Shown piece after piece: positions 24,625 through 36,473 of a stretch of 64,000 bases of DNA. This DNA is from Lytechinus pictus. Taxonomy: Eukaryota. The stretch covers positions 23,686,001-23,750,000 of the forward strand of contig NC_087252.1 in the NCBI RefSeq assembly GCF_037042905.1. Direction: 5' to 3'. The first letter of the stretch is position 1, and each line of letters starts with the position of its first letter. The position numbers and the translations under genes were made by a program. Below the pieces are notes generated by a model. It saw nothing but the letters and a program-made list of their open reading frames with translations. It did not search any database and was not told where the DNA came from.

Positions 24625-27525
24625 GTGTGCCCGCTATGTCTTGAAGCTTGTCGCCATAGTTATCATCACCATTTTGGCGATTGCCCCTTCCTTCCCATAC
24701 ATGAGAAACGCATTATATCCCAAGCTCGAAAAGCCGCTAACGTTCTTGGCTATGCTAACGATTTCCAGAGTTGCAGTGATTATTGTGATGATTATGTTAA
24801 TCATGACCTTGGTTGTGTGATGGTTCACGGTCGTATTCCCGTGGAGTGTGTTGACCGTGCGTCAAATGCTGTGGATCGCTCCTCTGAAGATCCTAGTGTG
24901 AGTTTTGGTTGTGTTGATGACTCGGAGTCAGAGTCACATATTCATGAAGATACTCTATGCTATGAAAGCTCATCAGAGTCAGATGAGACCCAAGATAATA
25001 CGCCACATTGTGCTGTGGCTAGTGAATCTGTCGTGACTAATCAGGCCCTAACTCCTTATGTAGACCTTTTCCATGGTAACCACTGTGTCCGTGTTAAACT
25101 TGACAGTGGGTCTGCAGAGAATTTGATCAGTCATTCATTGGTTAAGTGTCTAAGAGGTGACATTATTGCCACTTCTCACCCTGCTTACCCAACCGGCCAT
25201 TCATCGTCACCTTTTGTCATTGTAGGTGAGACTTGTCTCACATTTTCTAGAGATGGCAGGGACTTCCCTTTTAAAGGATTTGTTGTTGAGTCTTCGAGCC
25301 TTAGTGTGCGAGCCGGTATTCCATTCATGGAATTGTACGATGTGTTTGTTCGTCCCGCTAAGCGCGTCGTCACGTTTAGCGTTGGACCATCGTACGTATA
25401 CGGTCCTTCGCTTCAGTCTAGTCCTGTTGTCAACGCGCCTGCTGCACGTTCGCCTGCCTCGTTTTCCGATACCGTTGAACAGCAGCCTCACCCTGCTATG
25501 TCTCCAGAGCACGCCACGTTCAGTGATGGACCATCGTCCGCACTTGGTCCTTCGGTTCGCTCTAACCCTACGACCGTTAACACACCTGCTGCGTGCTCGC
25601 CTGATTCGTCCAACGGTGTCTTCAAACAGGAACTTGACACCCCGTCAAAAACAAGGCAAGAGTCTGATCGGAGACTTTACATCAAAGCAAATAATTATGT
25701 AACAGATGTTGTTCAGTCTGCCAAAGAAGGCTACCTTAAAGAAAAGTTAAGCAATAGTTCAGTTAAAGGTGTTTTTACAGTCATTCAGTTTCTTCTAAAT
25801 AGAAAGGTGGCTCATCTTCCAGTTTATGATTCGGCACAATTACTGTGCTCCCAATTTTCCTCTTTCTTTGTGGAAAAAATCAAAATGATTAGAGCAGAAA
25901 TTGATTCCCAAAATTCTATTCCTGATCCAAAGTTTGAGGATATAGAAGTTGAGGGAATTACTTTGTTTACCTCGTTTACTTTACTCACACCATCAGAATT
26001 GCTCAAAGTGATTAAGTCATGTTCAAGTGCTACTTGCCGTTTTGATCCTATCCCAACTTGGCTTTTGAAAGATAACATCGATAATCTGCTTCCCTTACTT
26101 ACAGATGTCGTCAATAGTTCACTAACTACTGGCGTTTTTCCTACAGGGGCTCACACTGCTATCATCAAACCATCCTTGAAAATGTCTACTTTAGATAAAA
26201 ACGAGCTAAAAAGCTATAGACCAATTTCAAATTTAACTTTTGTTGGTAAGCTCATTGAAAAGGTTGTTTGTAATCAAATAATCCAGCATATGGAATCCAA
26301 CAGTTTACTTGATCCATTCCAGTCAGCATACAGGCCCAAACACAGTGTAGAATCCGCTCTTGTTAAAGTAAAAAATGATATTATGTTTGCACTTAATTCT
26401 AACAAAGTTGTACTGATGGTCCTTTTGGGCCTATCTGCTGCTTTTGATACTATAGATCATGATACTTTTTTATCACGCTTGTCCAGTAGAATTGGAGTTA
26501 GATCCGTTGCTTTGACCTGGTTTAAGTCATATCTAAGTGGTTGGTCCTCTCAAGTTGAAATATCGGGTGAATTATCTAAACCCCAAATTTCTAACTTTGG
26601 ACTACCACAAGGCTCGGTTATTGGTCCTGTAGGTTATTCAGTATATACACTTCCGGTGGGTGACATAGCAAGACATCATGCTATTAGTTATCATCTCTAC
26701 GCAGATGATACTCAGTTATACATATATTTTGACCCTAAAACTGCAGGAGACCTCGAAAATGCCCTTGATAAATTAAAGAGATGCATAGTTGACATCAAAC
26801 AGTGGATGACTGTAAACAAATTAAAGCTGAATGACACAAAAACTGATTTTTTTTTCATAGCTACCTCCCCACACAATTTGAAGAAATTGCCTGATATTCA
26901 ACTTGAAATTGGTGATCTTCGTATTAATCCTTCAGAAAAAATTAAGAACCTAGGAGTATATTTTGATAAACATATGACTATGAATGATCATATTTCCACT
27001 GTTTGTTGTACTGTCACATATCATTTGAGGAACATAACTAGAATTCGTAGGTTTATCGATCAATCAACTGCTAACCATGCCATACGCTCCCTTATCCTTT
27101 CTCGTCTTGATTTCTGTAATGGCCTTCTTTCTTCAATACCAGTAACTCACATCAATCGTCTCCAGCACCTCCAAAATTGGGCGGCCCGTCTTATTTTTGA
27201 AGTCCGCCGTGACACACCTCCTGAACCCCTTTTAAATAATTTACACTGGCTCCCTATTAGACAACGTATTAATTTTAAGTTACTTCTCTTTGTATACAAA
27301 TCTCTCTATAACCTAGCCCCAAAATACTTGTCTGATTGTTTAGAAATTTATGTCCCAGGTAGAAAAACTAGATCCTCTGAAGACCCACTTAAATTAACAT
27401 ATCCAACAAAAAGAAAACAGACCGGAGATAGAACATTCACCGTTGCATCCTCAATGGAATGGAACAAACTCCCTCTCACAATAAGACAATCCCCAACAAT
27501 TGAGTCCTTCAAGAATTCCCATTAA
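24625..27525 (+). CDS. Chimeric ORF: gag knuckle and retropepsin fused in frame to L2 LINE reverse transcriptase
   Basis: CPLCLEACRHSYHHHFGDCPFLP and VKLDSGSAENLIS match the gag-pro at 14965-16191; from 25644 L2-type RT (YRPISNL, QSAYR, GLPQGSVIGP, YADDTQLY). Confidence 0.7.
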   Translation: MCPLCLEACRHSYHHHFGDCPFLPIHEKRIISQARKAANVLGYANDFQSCSDYCDDYVNHDLGCVMVHGRIPVECVDRASNAVDRSSEDPSVSFGCVDDSESESHIHEDTLCYESSSESDETQDNTPHCAVASESVVTNQALTPYVDLFHGNHCVRVKLDSGSAENLISHSLVKCLRGDIIATSHPAYPTGHSSSPFVIVGETCLTFSRDGRDFPFKGFVVESSSLSVRAGIPFMELYDVFVRPAKRVVTFSVGPSYVYGPSLQSSPVVNAPAARSPASFSDTVEQQPHPAMSPEHATFSDGPSSALGPSVRSNPTTVNTPAACSPDSSNGVFKQELDTPSKTRQESDRRLYIKANNYVTDVVQSAKEGYLKEKLSNSSVKGVFTVIQFLLNRKVAHLPVYDSAQLLCSQFSSFFVEKIKMIRAEIDSQNSIPDPKFEDIEVEGITLFTSFTLLTPSELLKVIKSCSSATCRFDPIPTWLLKDNIDNLLPLLTDVVNSSLTTGVFPTGAHTAIIKPSLKMSTLDKNELKSYRPISNLTFVGKLIEKVVCNQIIQHMESNSLLDPFQSAYRPKHSVESALVKVKNDIMFALNSNKVVLMVLLGLSAAFDTIDHDTFLSRLSSRIGVRSVALTWFKSYLSGWSSQVEISGELSKPQISNFGLPQGSVIGPVGYSVYTLPVGDIARHHAISYHLYADDTQLYIYFDPKTAGDLENALDKLKRCIVDIKQWMTVNKLKLNDTKTDFFFIATSPHNLKKLPDIQLEIGDLRINPSEKIKNLGVYFDKHMTMNDHISTVCCTVTYHLRNITRIRRFIDQSTANHAIRSLILSRLDFCNGLLSSIPVTHINRLQHLQNWAARLIFEVRRDTPPEPLLNNLHWLPIRQRINFKLLLFVYKSLYNLAPKYLSDCLEIYVPGRKTRSSEDPLKLTYPTKRKQTGDRTFTVASSMEWNKLPLTIRQSPTIESFKNSH

Positions 27526-27661
27526 ACCCTTTTGTTCTAGGCAACTGCCTTCATTTAATATGTCATTCTGATTTTTGTTTGTATAAATAAGTTAAATGAA
27601 ATTGTGAGCGCTTTGGGCCATGTGGGAAAAGCGCGTTATAAATGTTGAGTATTATTATTAT
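25644..27661 (+). mobile_element. 5'-truncated L2/CR1-group LINE
   Basis: RT domain; 3' stem-loop GCGCTTT..AAAGCGC; (TAT)n tail; probable TSD CCCC (25640-25643, 27662-27665). Confidence 0.9.
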
Positions 27662-28937
27662 CCCCAGTCTTAAGTTTGTCTGGCCATCCTTCGACATTCT
27701 CAAGCCTACGATCATCTGCAGTCGAATGCCCTGGAGACTACACCACGCTTGTTACATGCTCAGAGGTGCATCCCTTGGACAATGAGGACGTGCTTGAGTA
27801 TCAGGAATCAGTCTAGAGAGAGATCCTGTCGGCCACATTGAGGACTGCAATCCCTCGCTTCATCGTCAGTCTAAGTCACATCAGTCTTCGCACAGGCTAC
27901 CCATCTCTTCTGTGTCTGTGAACACCAAGTGCTCCCCTGATGCTCTCCCAGTCGCATCTCCCATGACTGAAGCCGACAGTACCAGTCCTAATTACACCGC
28001 AGAAGATATCTTGCTTCATCTTAAGACTCACCAACCTTACACCCTAGAGATCAACGACCCCCTGGTCGACCCCCGGAATCACCTCCCGGAACCCTTACCA
28101 GTCATCAGAGCTTGTCACATTATTCCCGGTACACAATGTTTACTGTCTCTCCGAATTTTGCAGAGTCGCCCCTTCCATCCCTGTGGTGATCGCACTGGAC
28201 TGCCTCCAGGTCGTCCCCCAGACCAGACAGACTGTTACATCTTTCCTGACCAGATCAAACGCTCATTTGATGATTTCACTTCCCTAGCGGATGCAGACTA
28301 TTTGTCTGAACTGAGAAAAAGGACTCATTGTTAATATCAGTTATATGTATTATTGGACTATTGAACTTTCCTAGCAGATACGGACTGTTTTACTAAACTG
28401 AGAAAAGACTCGTTTTCACTATTTCATAATTTATGTGCACTGTTGTGGATGATTTGCTCAGTGTGGAATGCATGCACCTTCGTGTACAGCTTCTGTGTGA
28501 CCATATTGGACCTCACTGATTTTCCAACAGCCTTTTTAATATATATTATGCTGTGTTTTGCAATGTCTTTTCGACTTTTCCCTTCACTTGTTCTCTACTT
28601 TACCCTCATTTTTTCCTTTCCTTTCAATGTTTCATATATGGTTTTTATGCTGATATATGACTTATTGCTTTGTATGTCAGATATTTTGTAGTTACATGTA
28701 TTCACCTTTCTACAGCTATTCAAAGTAGTCGATATTTTGTATTTAACAGTATTTTGTGTATACATGACTTTATTATTGACTATTTTTAAATGGGCATGTA
28801 ATTGTTTTGGTTATTGATTTTCACTGGTATCTATTGCAGTTTGTCAAAGTCTGTGCACTCCTTTATCAGTCTATGTTTCATACATAACTTTTTGATTAGC
28901 CTGTTTGCTAATGGTTTGTTTGCAGGTAAAGCGTTAA

Positions 28938-29531
28938 AGGACAAGTCCACCCCAACAAAAAGATGATTTGAAAAAAATGAGAAAAATCCAACAAGCAAAA
29001 CACTGAAAATTTCATAAAAATCGGCTGTAAAATAAGAAAGTTATGATATTTTAAAGTTTCGCTTAATTTCACAAAACAGTATCCTGGTCGGTGTGCAAAT
29101 TGGCAGACTGATGACGTCACCCACTCACCATTTCTTTTGTATTTTATTATATGAAATATGAAATATTCTAATTTTCTCCTCCTTGTCAAGTGAAACAAAG
29201 TTTTATTTCTCCCTGAACATGTGCAATTGTCATTGTTTTAACAGTTTATGGTTAAGTTAAGTTTATCCTTATTGTCAAATCTGTAAAAATTGAAATATTG
29301 TATTATTCAAACAATAAAAAACAAAAGAAATAGTGAGTGATGGACATCACCGACTCTCTCATTTGCATATCGCTGAGTTGCCCATTGAACTGTTTTGTGA
29401 AAAATAAGCGAAACTTAAAAATGTCATAACTTTCTTATTTTACATCCGATTTCGATGAAATTTGAAGCGTTATGTTTGTTCGATTTTTCTCTATTGATTC
29501 AAATCAACATTTTCTGGGGTGGACTTGACCT
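28938..29531. mobile_element. Kolobok-type MITE (intact)
   Basis: TTAA at 28934-28937 and 29532-29535; TIR AGG(A/T)CAAGTCCACCCCA. Confidence 0.85.
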
Positions 29532-30837
29532 TTAATTATAGGTTATACCTGATCAGCCTTTAGTACAGTGTGGATGTGTATTATAGAGATATTGGAACAT
29601 ATTATGTTTGTTTACCTATTATTGATTTGAGCAAGTTTAGATTTTTAACACAATGCAATTTTTTTATTAATCCAAACTTAACACCTCTCCCACCTTGATA
29701 GCCTATTGGTTTTGTTATGCAGGTTATTCACGCTTTTAACTTATGATTATATTAACTTGTTAACATGAGACTGCTTGATATGTAGTGTAATTTCGTTTTG
29801 GTTAATTATTTTAATGCCCTTATACTTTATTTAAATGTTTTACAGTTCTTGGTGTATTCAGTTTAATAGTCTCCATTTACCTGTTTGTTATGTGCATATT
29901 TCTGATTGTGTATGCTACAGCCTCCACTATGCATTTATATAAAGGTATGTTTTTGGTGATGTGTGTATTTTGTTATATTTTTAACCCCCGGTTCCAAAAT
30001 ATTTGGTAATGTGGTTTGTGTATGACAGCATTCCTTTAATTTTGGTAATTGTTATTGACTGCGATTTACAGTCATAGTGCGTAGTTTACATATTGTAACG
30101 AACTATGTTTCCGATTTAATGTCATAGAGAGCTTATAGGGTCTGTAAACGTAGACTATATGGAAATCGTATGTGTAGACGTTCTATGATTTAACGAAAAT
30201 TAGCCAAAATCGCACATTTTATAAACATGTTGGAGTTGTCATGAAACCTTTTGATTAATTTATTATTAGCAAAGTTGCCTAAGCATTATCCAGTTGTTTT
30301 ATTCGAGAAAGCTGGTTGATTAGCAAAGTTAATTAGGTTATTGTAGTTGTTGAAGTCATCTTTAGTAACTGTTTTATCGAAGTGTTAAAAAATGCATAAA
30401 TACGAGGAGTCAACTACCATTAAGAACGATCTGTGTTACGGCCCTTTACCGTCTTTGAGAAATTAAAGGTAAAGATCAAGCATTGAAACTACACTCTGGA
30501 CTACGTTCTTATGAGTGTTATAAAGGAACAAATGATTGGTGTACGGAACGAATGCTGGTGATTGAATGGTCGACGGATGTCCGATTGACTGAAATGAGAC
30601 GAGAGAGGTGATCGATTGCAATCGACGGATGATCTGACTGGAGAAACCAGGGACGACGGTTGGTGATGGTTGTTAATCAGTCTTTTCCATAAACCATCAG
30701 CAACGGTCATATACTTTGACCAAACGAACGCAACTGACGGTCAGGCACGGTGGCATCCTGACAAGAAAACCGTGTCAGCTGAAAGTTGGATTAGAGGCCG
30801 TCACACGTGGTGTCAGAAGTGGGATTGCTGCTGGTTT

Positions 30838-31087
30838 GACTGGTTGGTGCAGAACTGGTTGGAGAAGGACTGGTTGGTCAGAACTGGTTGGATAAGGACT
30901 GGTTGGTGCAGAACTGGTTGGAGAAGGACTGGTTGGTGCAGAACTGGTTGGATAAGGACTGGTTGGTGCAGAACTGGTTGGAGAAGGACTGGTTGGTGCA
31001 GAACTGGTTGGCGAAGGACTGGTTGGTGCAGAACTGGTTGGCGAAGGACTGGTCGATGCAGAACTGGTTGGCGAAGGACTTGGTTGG
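30838..31087 (+). repeat. 30-bp tandem repeat (two 15-bp subunits) in the Gypsy leader
   Basis: (GACTGGTTGGTGCAGAACTGGTTGGAGAAG)n, about 8 copies. Confidence 0.9.
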
Positions 31088-31160
31088 AGCAAAAATTGGA
31101 AAAAGATCAATCGGTTTACAACAGTTGACAATCACCATTTTCTGAATTAAGCTGTCGAAC

Positions 31161-32372
31161 ATGGAAGCAGTACAGGGGAATCCTGCTTATCATTTAACAC
31201 CTGCAGAGCTGATCCAACAAGTGGAAGACCATATTACAGAAATCAACGAACAACTCACTGATTTGCACCGAACATCTGGGTCTCCACTGCCACGTCGTCA
31301 CTCACAGCAGAGCACTCCGCTCTTCCAACATTCTGGTGATACAGGGATTGCTAGCATGCCTCCCACTGGCGTTAGGACATCGGCTATGAATGACGGAGTG
31401 CGAGAAACAGAACCATCTCTTCAACCGAGAAGGCTGATCAGAGGGAATACCGCACATGAGATTGCGGCTGACTCAACAACTCCTATCGGTTATCCACGCA
31501 TGCCGCCTGTAGGAAATTCCCACCAAACATTTGATAACTTGCCTACGACGTCTGACCACACAGAAGAGGGAATTCGGCAGAGCCCTCGAGTCAACGCGCC
31601 CCTTCCCCGGACTTCCTTTCCTGGGTCATCTAGTCCTCAGATGTACCAACAGTTTCCAGTTAGGGATGAAACTGCCTCAAACTATCAATTCCCTGGCCGA
31701 ATGAGCGACCACCATGATCGATTTAATAATCGACCATCTTTCAAAGGACAAACAGAGGACATTAATGCAAAGCCTTGCATGTTACCAGATCGCTTCGACG
31801 GGAAGGCTCCAATCCTTGATTACTTGGAGCATTTCGAGGCATGTGCTGTAATCAACAACTGGACGGACAGGCAGGCATCACATTTCCTGGCAGCTAGTTT
31901 GAGGGGTCCGGCACTGAAACTTTTGGCGAAGCATGGTGAGATGGAGCTGCCATATCAGGAGTTGGTCAACAGACTTAAACAACGTTTCGGTCCTTCAGGG
32001 AAGGCTGATGTATTTCTAGCAGAGCTAAGAGCACGACGTAGGAAGCCACAAGAGACACTCCAAGAACTTGGGCAAAGCATCCGAGACCTGGCAGGGATGG
32101 CCTATCAAGAGTTTGACCCAGATGGTCAAGATAAACTAGCCCGAAGTCATTTCATGGATGCAGTGGTGAACCCGGCAATTCGGGAAGGTCTGTTTCGAGC
32201 TCAACCACGTACCTTGGATGAGGCCATACGGAATCTGACGGAATCTGCTATAACTGCGGACAGCAGGGACATTTCGCCCGAAATTGTCCTTATGAAGAGA
32301 AAGACACCAAACGCTGTCACCTTTGTCATGGAACCGGACATTTCAAGAAGGACTGCCCAAATAATCTACTAG
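31161..32372 (+). CDS. gag: Gypsy gag (frameshifted near 32230; two CCHC knuckles follow in another frame)
   Basis: [27 protein letters not shown] capsid-like motifs; [14 protein letters not shown] and [14 protein letters not shown] at ~32246-32360. Confidence 0.85.
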   Translation: MEAVQGNPAYHLTPAELIQQVEDHITEINEQLTDLHRTSGSPLPRRHSQQSTPLFQHSGDTGIASMPPTGVRTSAMNDGVRETEPSLQPRRLIRGNTAHEIAADSTTPIGYPRMPPVGNSHQTFDNLPTTSDHTEEGIRQSPRVNAPLPRTSFPGSSSPQMYQQFPVRDETASNYQFPGRMSDHHDRFNNRPSFKGQTEDINAKPCMLPDRFDGKAPILDYLEHFEACAVINNWTDRQASHFLAASLRGPALKLLAKHGEMELPYQELVNRLKQRFGPSGKADVFLAELRARRRKPQETLQELGQSIRDLAGMAYQEFDPDGQDKLARSHFMDAVVNPAIREGLFRAQPRTLDEAIRNLTESAITADSRDISPEIVLMKRKTPNAVTFVMEPDISRRTAQIIY

Positions 32373-32499
32373 ATATTGAGAGGGGGCAATCCAGTCATTC
32401 CAGTCCAGATGGAAAAGATTCAGGAGGGAACAGACAGCAAACATCTAGACCGGATGGCCAACCAGGAGCTGGACAAGTTCGAGTTGGTACGTCAGGAAA

Positions 32500-33076
32500 C
32501 GTCAAGCGGCAAGGCATTTTCATTGAGTCTAAAGTCAATGGGCAGTCAGTAACATTCCTGATTGATACTGGATCGTCGCAATCTTTTATTGCCGACAATG
32601 TTTTCAACATGATCGACAAGGAAAAGCAGCCAGTCTTGGAGGAAATGAATAACACGGTGCATCAGGCTGATGGATCACCTTTAGACACAAGGGGAAAAGC
32701 TGCGATGGAACTGCACATTGGAGGATTGGTCTTCATGGTCGAACTGAACGTGGCTACATTGAAGAATGAGGGTATCATCGGTCTTGACCTGTTAATTCAG
32801 ATGCATGCTGAACTAGATTGCCATAAGATGGAACTTCGAACACCCTGGCAATCAATCCCATGTAAAGACCAGGAGGGCAGACACTTTTGCTGCAGAGTCG
32901 TGGCCTCCGAAACCAGTATCGTCCCTGCCGGGCATGAGGTTGTTCTCAAAGGAGAAGTGGCTGGATGTAACTCCATGACCATTAGCGGGGTCGGATTGTT
33001 GGAAGCCCCTACCAGTTCGACAGAATTGAGCAAGAAGGGCCTCCTAGTAGCCAGGGCTGTGGTTCCAGCAATCTGA
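32500..33076 (+). pseudogene. Gypsy aspartic protease region
   Basis: [12 protein letters not shown] at ~32555, in frame with ORF 32609-33076; separated from RT by a stop or deletion. Confidence 0.8.
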
Positions 33077-33161
33077 CCAGATGTCGAACTCTGTACCATA
33101 ACATCTAGAAAATCTGTATCAACGAAGTACAGAGCAACTCCCTGAGCACCAGCGTAAAAAA

Positions 33162-36100
33162 GTGGTGGCATTGCTACAGGATTTTGCAGACATCTTTGCA
33201 CAAAGTGCAAATGACCTGGGGAAGACCAGCCTGGTACAGCATTCGATCAACACAGGGGATGCAAGACCGGTAAAACAGCCAACAAGACGACATCCAGCAG
33301 GCCAGAGGGAAGTGATCGACAGGCAACTTGGTGACTTACTGACTAAAGGGCTGGTCGAACCGGTGTCAGGTCCATGGTCCTCTAATGTTGTTCTGGTTAC
33401 CAAGAAGGATGGCACCAAGCGGTTCTGTATAGATTACCGTCAACTGAACGAGGTGACAGTGAAGGACGCATACCCCCTACCCAGGATTGACGACACCCTG
33501 GATTCCTTAAGTGGTGCCAAGTGGTTTTCAACTCTAGATCTTGCCAGTGGTTATTGGCAAGTCCAGTTGGATGAACAAGCCAAGTTGAAGTCAGCATTCA
33601 TGGCCAATGGTGGGTTGTATGGATGGCGTGTCATGCCCTTTGGACTGTGCAATGCGCCCGCCACCTTTGAACGGCTGATGGATAGAGTACTGTCCGGGTT
33701 GACATGGAAGATGTTGCTTGTTTACTTAGATGACATCATCGTGTATGGGGAGACGGTTGAGGAGGAACTAGCTAGACTAAAAATTGTCTTCCAACGTTTG
33801 AGGGAATCTGGATTGAAGCTAAAACCGTCCAAGTGTCATCTGTTCCGGACCAGTGTCGTCTATCTGGGGCATGTGGTATCAGCAGATGGAGTCACAACAG
33901 ACCCAGAAAAGACAGAAGCCATCAGAAATTGGCCAACTCCACGGTCCGTTAAAGAAGTCCGAAGCTTTATTGGACTAATGTCCTACTATCGACGCTTTGT
34001 GAAGGGATTTGCAATGGTGGCAAAACCATTACATCAATTGACGGAGAAGAACCGAGAATTTGAGTGGACAAAAGAGTGTCAGGAAGCGTTTGAAGAGCTG
34101 AAACGGAGACTGATTACTCCACCTATCCTTGCTTATCCATCTGCAGAAGGGCGCTACATCTTGGACACCGATGCTAGTGACATGGGCATAGGGGCTGTCC
34201 TTTCTCAAGTGCAAGGAGGTGTCGAGAAGGTGATTGCCTATGCTAGTCGCACTCTACACAAGACAGAGCTGAACTACTGTGTCACCAGGAAGGAGCTTTT
34301 GGCAGTGGTGGTATTCCTGAGGCAGTTCCGCCAATACTTATATGGCCGACATGTCACCATCAGAACAGACCATGGATCTCTGCAATGGCTGGTTCACTTT
34401 AAAGATCCAAGAGGCCAGTTTGCTAGATGGATGGAGATTATAGCTGAGTACGACTTTGACATCCAACATAGGCAGGGACGGAGTCATGCAAATGCTGATG
34501 GTCTTTCCCGGAAACCTTGTTTGCAGTGCTGCCGGGAGGATGAAGGTTGTGTTGGACAGATTATGGCTACATGGGAGGTTGCACCCGAGCCAGCAACAAA
34601 CATTGGTGACTTACAACGAGAAGACGAGAATATCAGCCCTGTGCTGAATGCAAAGACCTCAGCAAAGAAACCTTTGGAGGAAGAAAGTGCATCATGGTCA
34701 GTTAAAGCTAGAAGACTCCTTGAACACTGGGAAGCACTTGTTGTCACCGATGGGGTACTCTACCGACGCTGGGAATCTGAGGATGGAGCAACAATTCGCC
34801 GGCAGTTGGTCGTCCCAAAAGTCATGATCAAGGACATCATCCAGGAGACTCATGCAACCTTAACTGGAGGTCATTTTGGCGTGGAAAAGTCAATGGGAAG
34901 GGCTAGACTAAAGTATTACTGGGTCGGAATGAAAGAGGATTTCCGTTCTGCTCTAAGAGAATGTGACATCTGTGCTAGACGGAAAGTACATGGCCAAACA
35001 AGACGAGCCCCCTTGCAGCAAAGAATAAGTGGTTCACCCATGGAGAGGATTGCTTTAGACATCCTTGGCCCTCTACCCAGGACCGACAATGGCAACAAGT
35101 ATGTTCTTGTCGTTGGGGATTACTTCACAAAATGGATGGAGGCGTACCCAATCCCCGATGAGAAAGCTGAGACGGTGGCAGAGAAACTTGTCACAGAGTT
35201 TACATGTCGGTTTGGGGTTCCTAGGTATATCCATTCAGACCAGGGGCGCAACTTCGTGTCTGAAGTCTTCACAGAAGTCTGCAAGATCCTGGGAGTCACC
35301 AAAACCAGAACCACTGCCTATAATCCCAAGTCCGATGGGCTAGTCGAAAGGTACAACCGTACCCTGGTGGATACAATCGCTGCATTCCTGGACATGGATG
35401 GAGAAAGGAATTGGGATCAATTCATCCCCTTCGCTACATGTGCTTATAGAAGTTGCCCCCAGGTATCAACCGGTGAAACACCCAACATGTTAATGTTAGG
35501 GCGAGAAACAACCATGCCTATGGACTGGGATCTCCCTCCTCCCGAGACCTCCGAATATGATGACCAGACAGACTACAGTGCCAGGCTCCGGAATCGTCTA
35601 GAAAGAGCTCACAAGGTAGCAAGAGAATCCTTGAAGACAGCGAGTCGTCGGCAGAAGTCGTTCTACGACAGGAAGGTGCATACAGCTCTTTATGCTGTGG
35701 GACAATTTGTATGGCTACGAAAGAAAACCAGAGAAAAGGGCCGCTGCCCGAAACTGCAACCACGATGGCTTGGCCCTTACCTAGTTGTTACTCGCCTGTC
35801 AGATGTCACAGTTAGGATTCAACAGTCACGGAGGTCTAAACCACTGGTCGTACACATTGACAGGCTGAAGCCCTATCAAGGCATAAGGCTTCCCACTTGG
35901 GAATTCAGACCCACTGGAGAAGACTTGGTCCCGGAGAATTCAGCGGATGAAGAATCAGGACAAAGTTCGCCAAGTAGTGCCAACAGGCATGACACAACCG
36001 ACTCCCCAGCAGACATCCTGCCAGATGTTGATGTGCCTGGAGACCCACCAGACCAGACGCCAGCAGGTGAAGACGCATCTGATAGACCAGAAGATGACAC

Positions 36101-36473
36101 GTTAACAACTGACCATGATACTGAAAGTTCCCCAGAAGACGTTATGCCAGATGTTGATGTGCCTGGAGATCCACCAGACAGAAGCCATGCCGCAGATGAT
36201 ACCCTTGCAGGTGAACCACATGAAGCTTCGGCGGACGACCACACTTTGGAAAGCTCCTCAGGAGACATTCCACCCAATGACGATGTACCTGGAGAGCCAC
36301 CAGACAACAGTCCAGCAGACGCAACAGATGGAGCAACAGCAGGGGGTACAACTAATGAACAATTACCCACTGCTACAGGAGAAACCACACCTGAAAAAGA
36401 AACTTCAGCCAGACGGTATCCCTCCCGTGACAGACGACCTGCTACATACCTGCGGGATTATTTTGTGACATGA
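33162..36473 (+). CDS. pol: Gypsy pol: RT, RNase H, integrase, acidic repeat tail
   Basis: LDLASGYWQ, MPFGL, YLDD, DTDAS, HHCC, DDE (HSDQG..VERYNRT), GPY, DVPGDPPD repeats. Confidence 0.95.
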   Translation: MVALLQDFADIFAQSANDLGKTSLVQHSINTGDARPVKQPTRRHPAGQREVIDRQLGDLLTKGLVEPVSGPWSSNVVLVTKKDGTKRFCIDYRQLNEVTVKDAYPLPRIDDTLDSLSGAKWFSTLDLASGYWQVQLDEQAKLKSAFMANGGLYGWRVMPFGLCNAPATFERLMDRVLSGLTWKMLLVYLDDIIVYGETVEEELARLKIVFQRLRESGLKLKPSKCHLFRTSVVYLGHVVSADGVTTDPEKTEAIRNWPTPRSVKEVRSFIGLMSYYRRFVKGFAMVAKPLHQLTEKNREFEWTKECQEAFEELKRRLITPPILAYPSAEGRYILDTDASDMGIGAVLSQVQGGVEKVIAYASRTLHKTELNYCVTRKELLAVVVFLRQFRQYLYGRHVTIRTDHGSLQWLVHFKDPRGQFARWMEIIAEYDFDIQHRQGRSHANADGLSRKPCLQCCREDEGCVGQIMATWEVAPEPATNIGDLQREDENISPVLNAKTSAKKPLEEESASWSVKARRLLEHWEALVVTDGVLYRRWESEDGATIRRQLVVPKVMIKDIIQETHATLTGGHFGVEKSMGRARLKYYWVGMKEDFRSALRECDICARRKVHGQTRRAPLQQRISGSPMERIALDILGPLPRTDNGNKYVLVVGDYFTKWMEAYPIPDEKAETVAEKLVTEFTCRFGVPRYIHSDQGRNFVSEVFTEVCKILGVTKTRTTAYNPKSDGLVERYNRTLVDTIAAFLDMDGERNWDQFIPFATCAYRSCPQVSTGETPNMLMLGRETTMPMDWDLPPPETSEYDDQTDYSARLRNRLERAHKVARESLKTASRRQKSFYDRKVHTALYAVGQFVWLRKKTREKGRCPKLQPRWLGPYLVVTRLSDVTVRIQQSRRSKPLVVHIDRLKPYQGIRLPTWEFRPTGEDLVPENSADEESGQSSPSSANRHDTTDSPADILPDVDVPGDPPDQTPAGEDASDRPEDDTLTTDHDTESSPEDVMPDVDVPGDPPDRSHAADDTLAGEPHEASADDHTLESSSGDIPPNDDVPGEPPDNSPADATDGATAGGTTNEQLPTATGETTPEKETSARRYPSRDRRPATYLRDYFVT

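Noticed and set aside
30670..31162. Repetitive ORFs in several frames (RTGWC, DWLVQNW, PTSSAPTS)
   Set aside because: By-products of a stop-free 30-bp tandem repeat in the Gypsy leader
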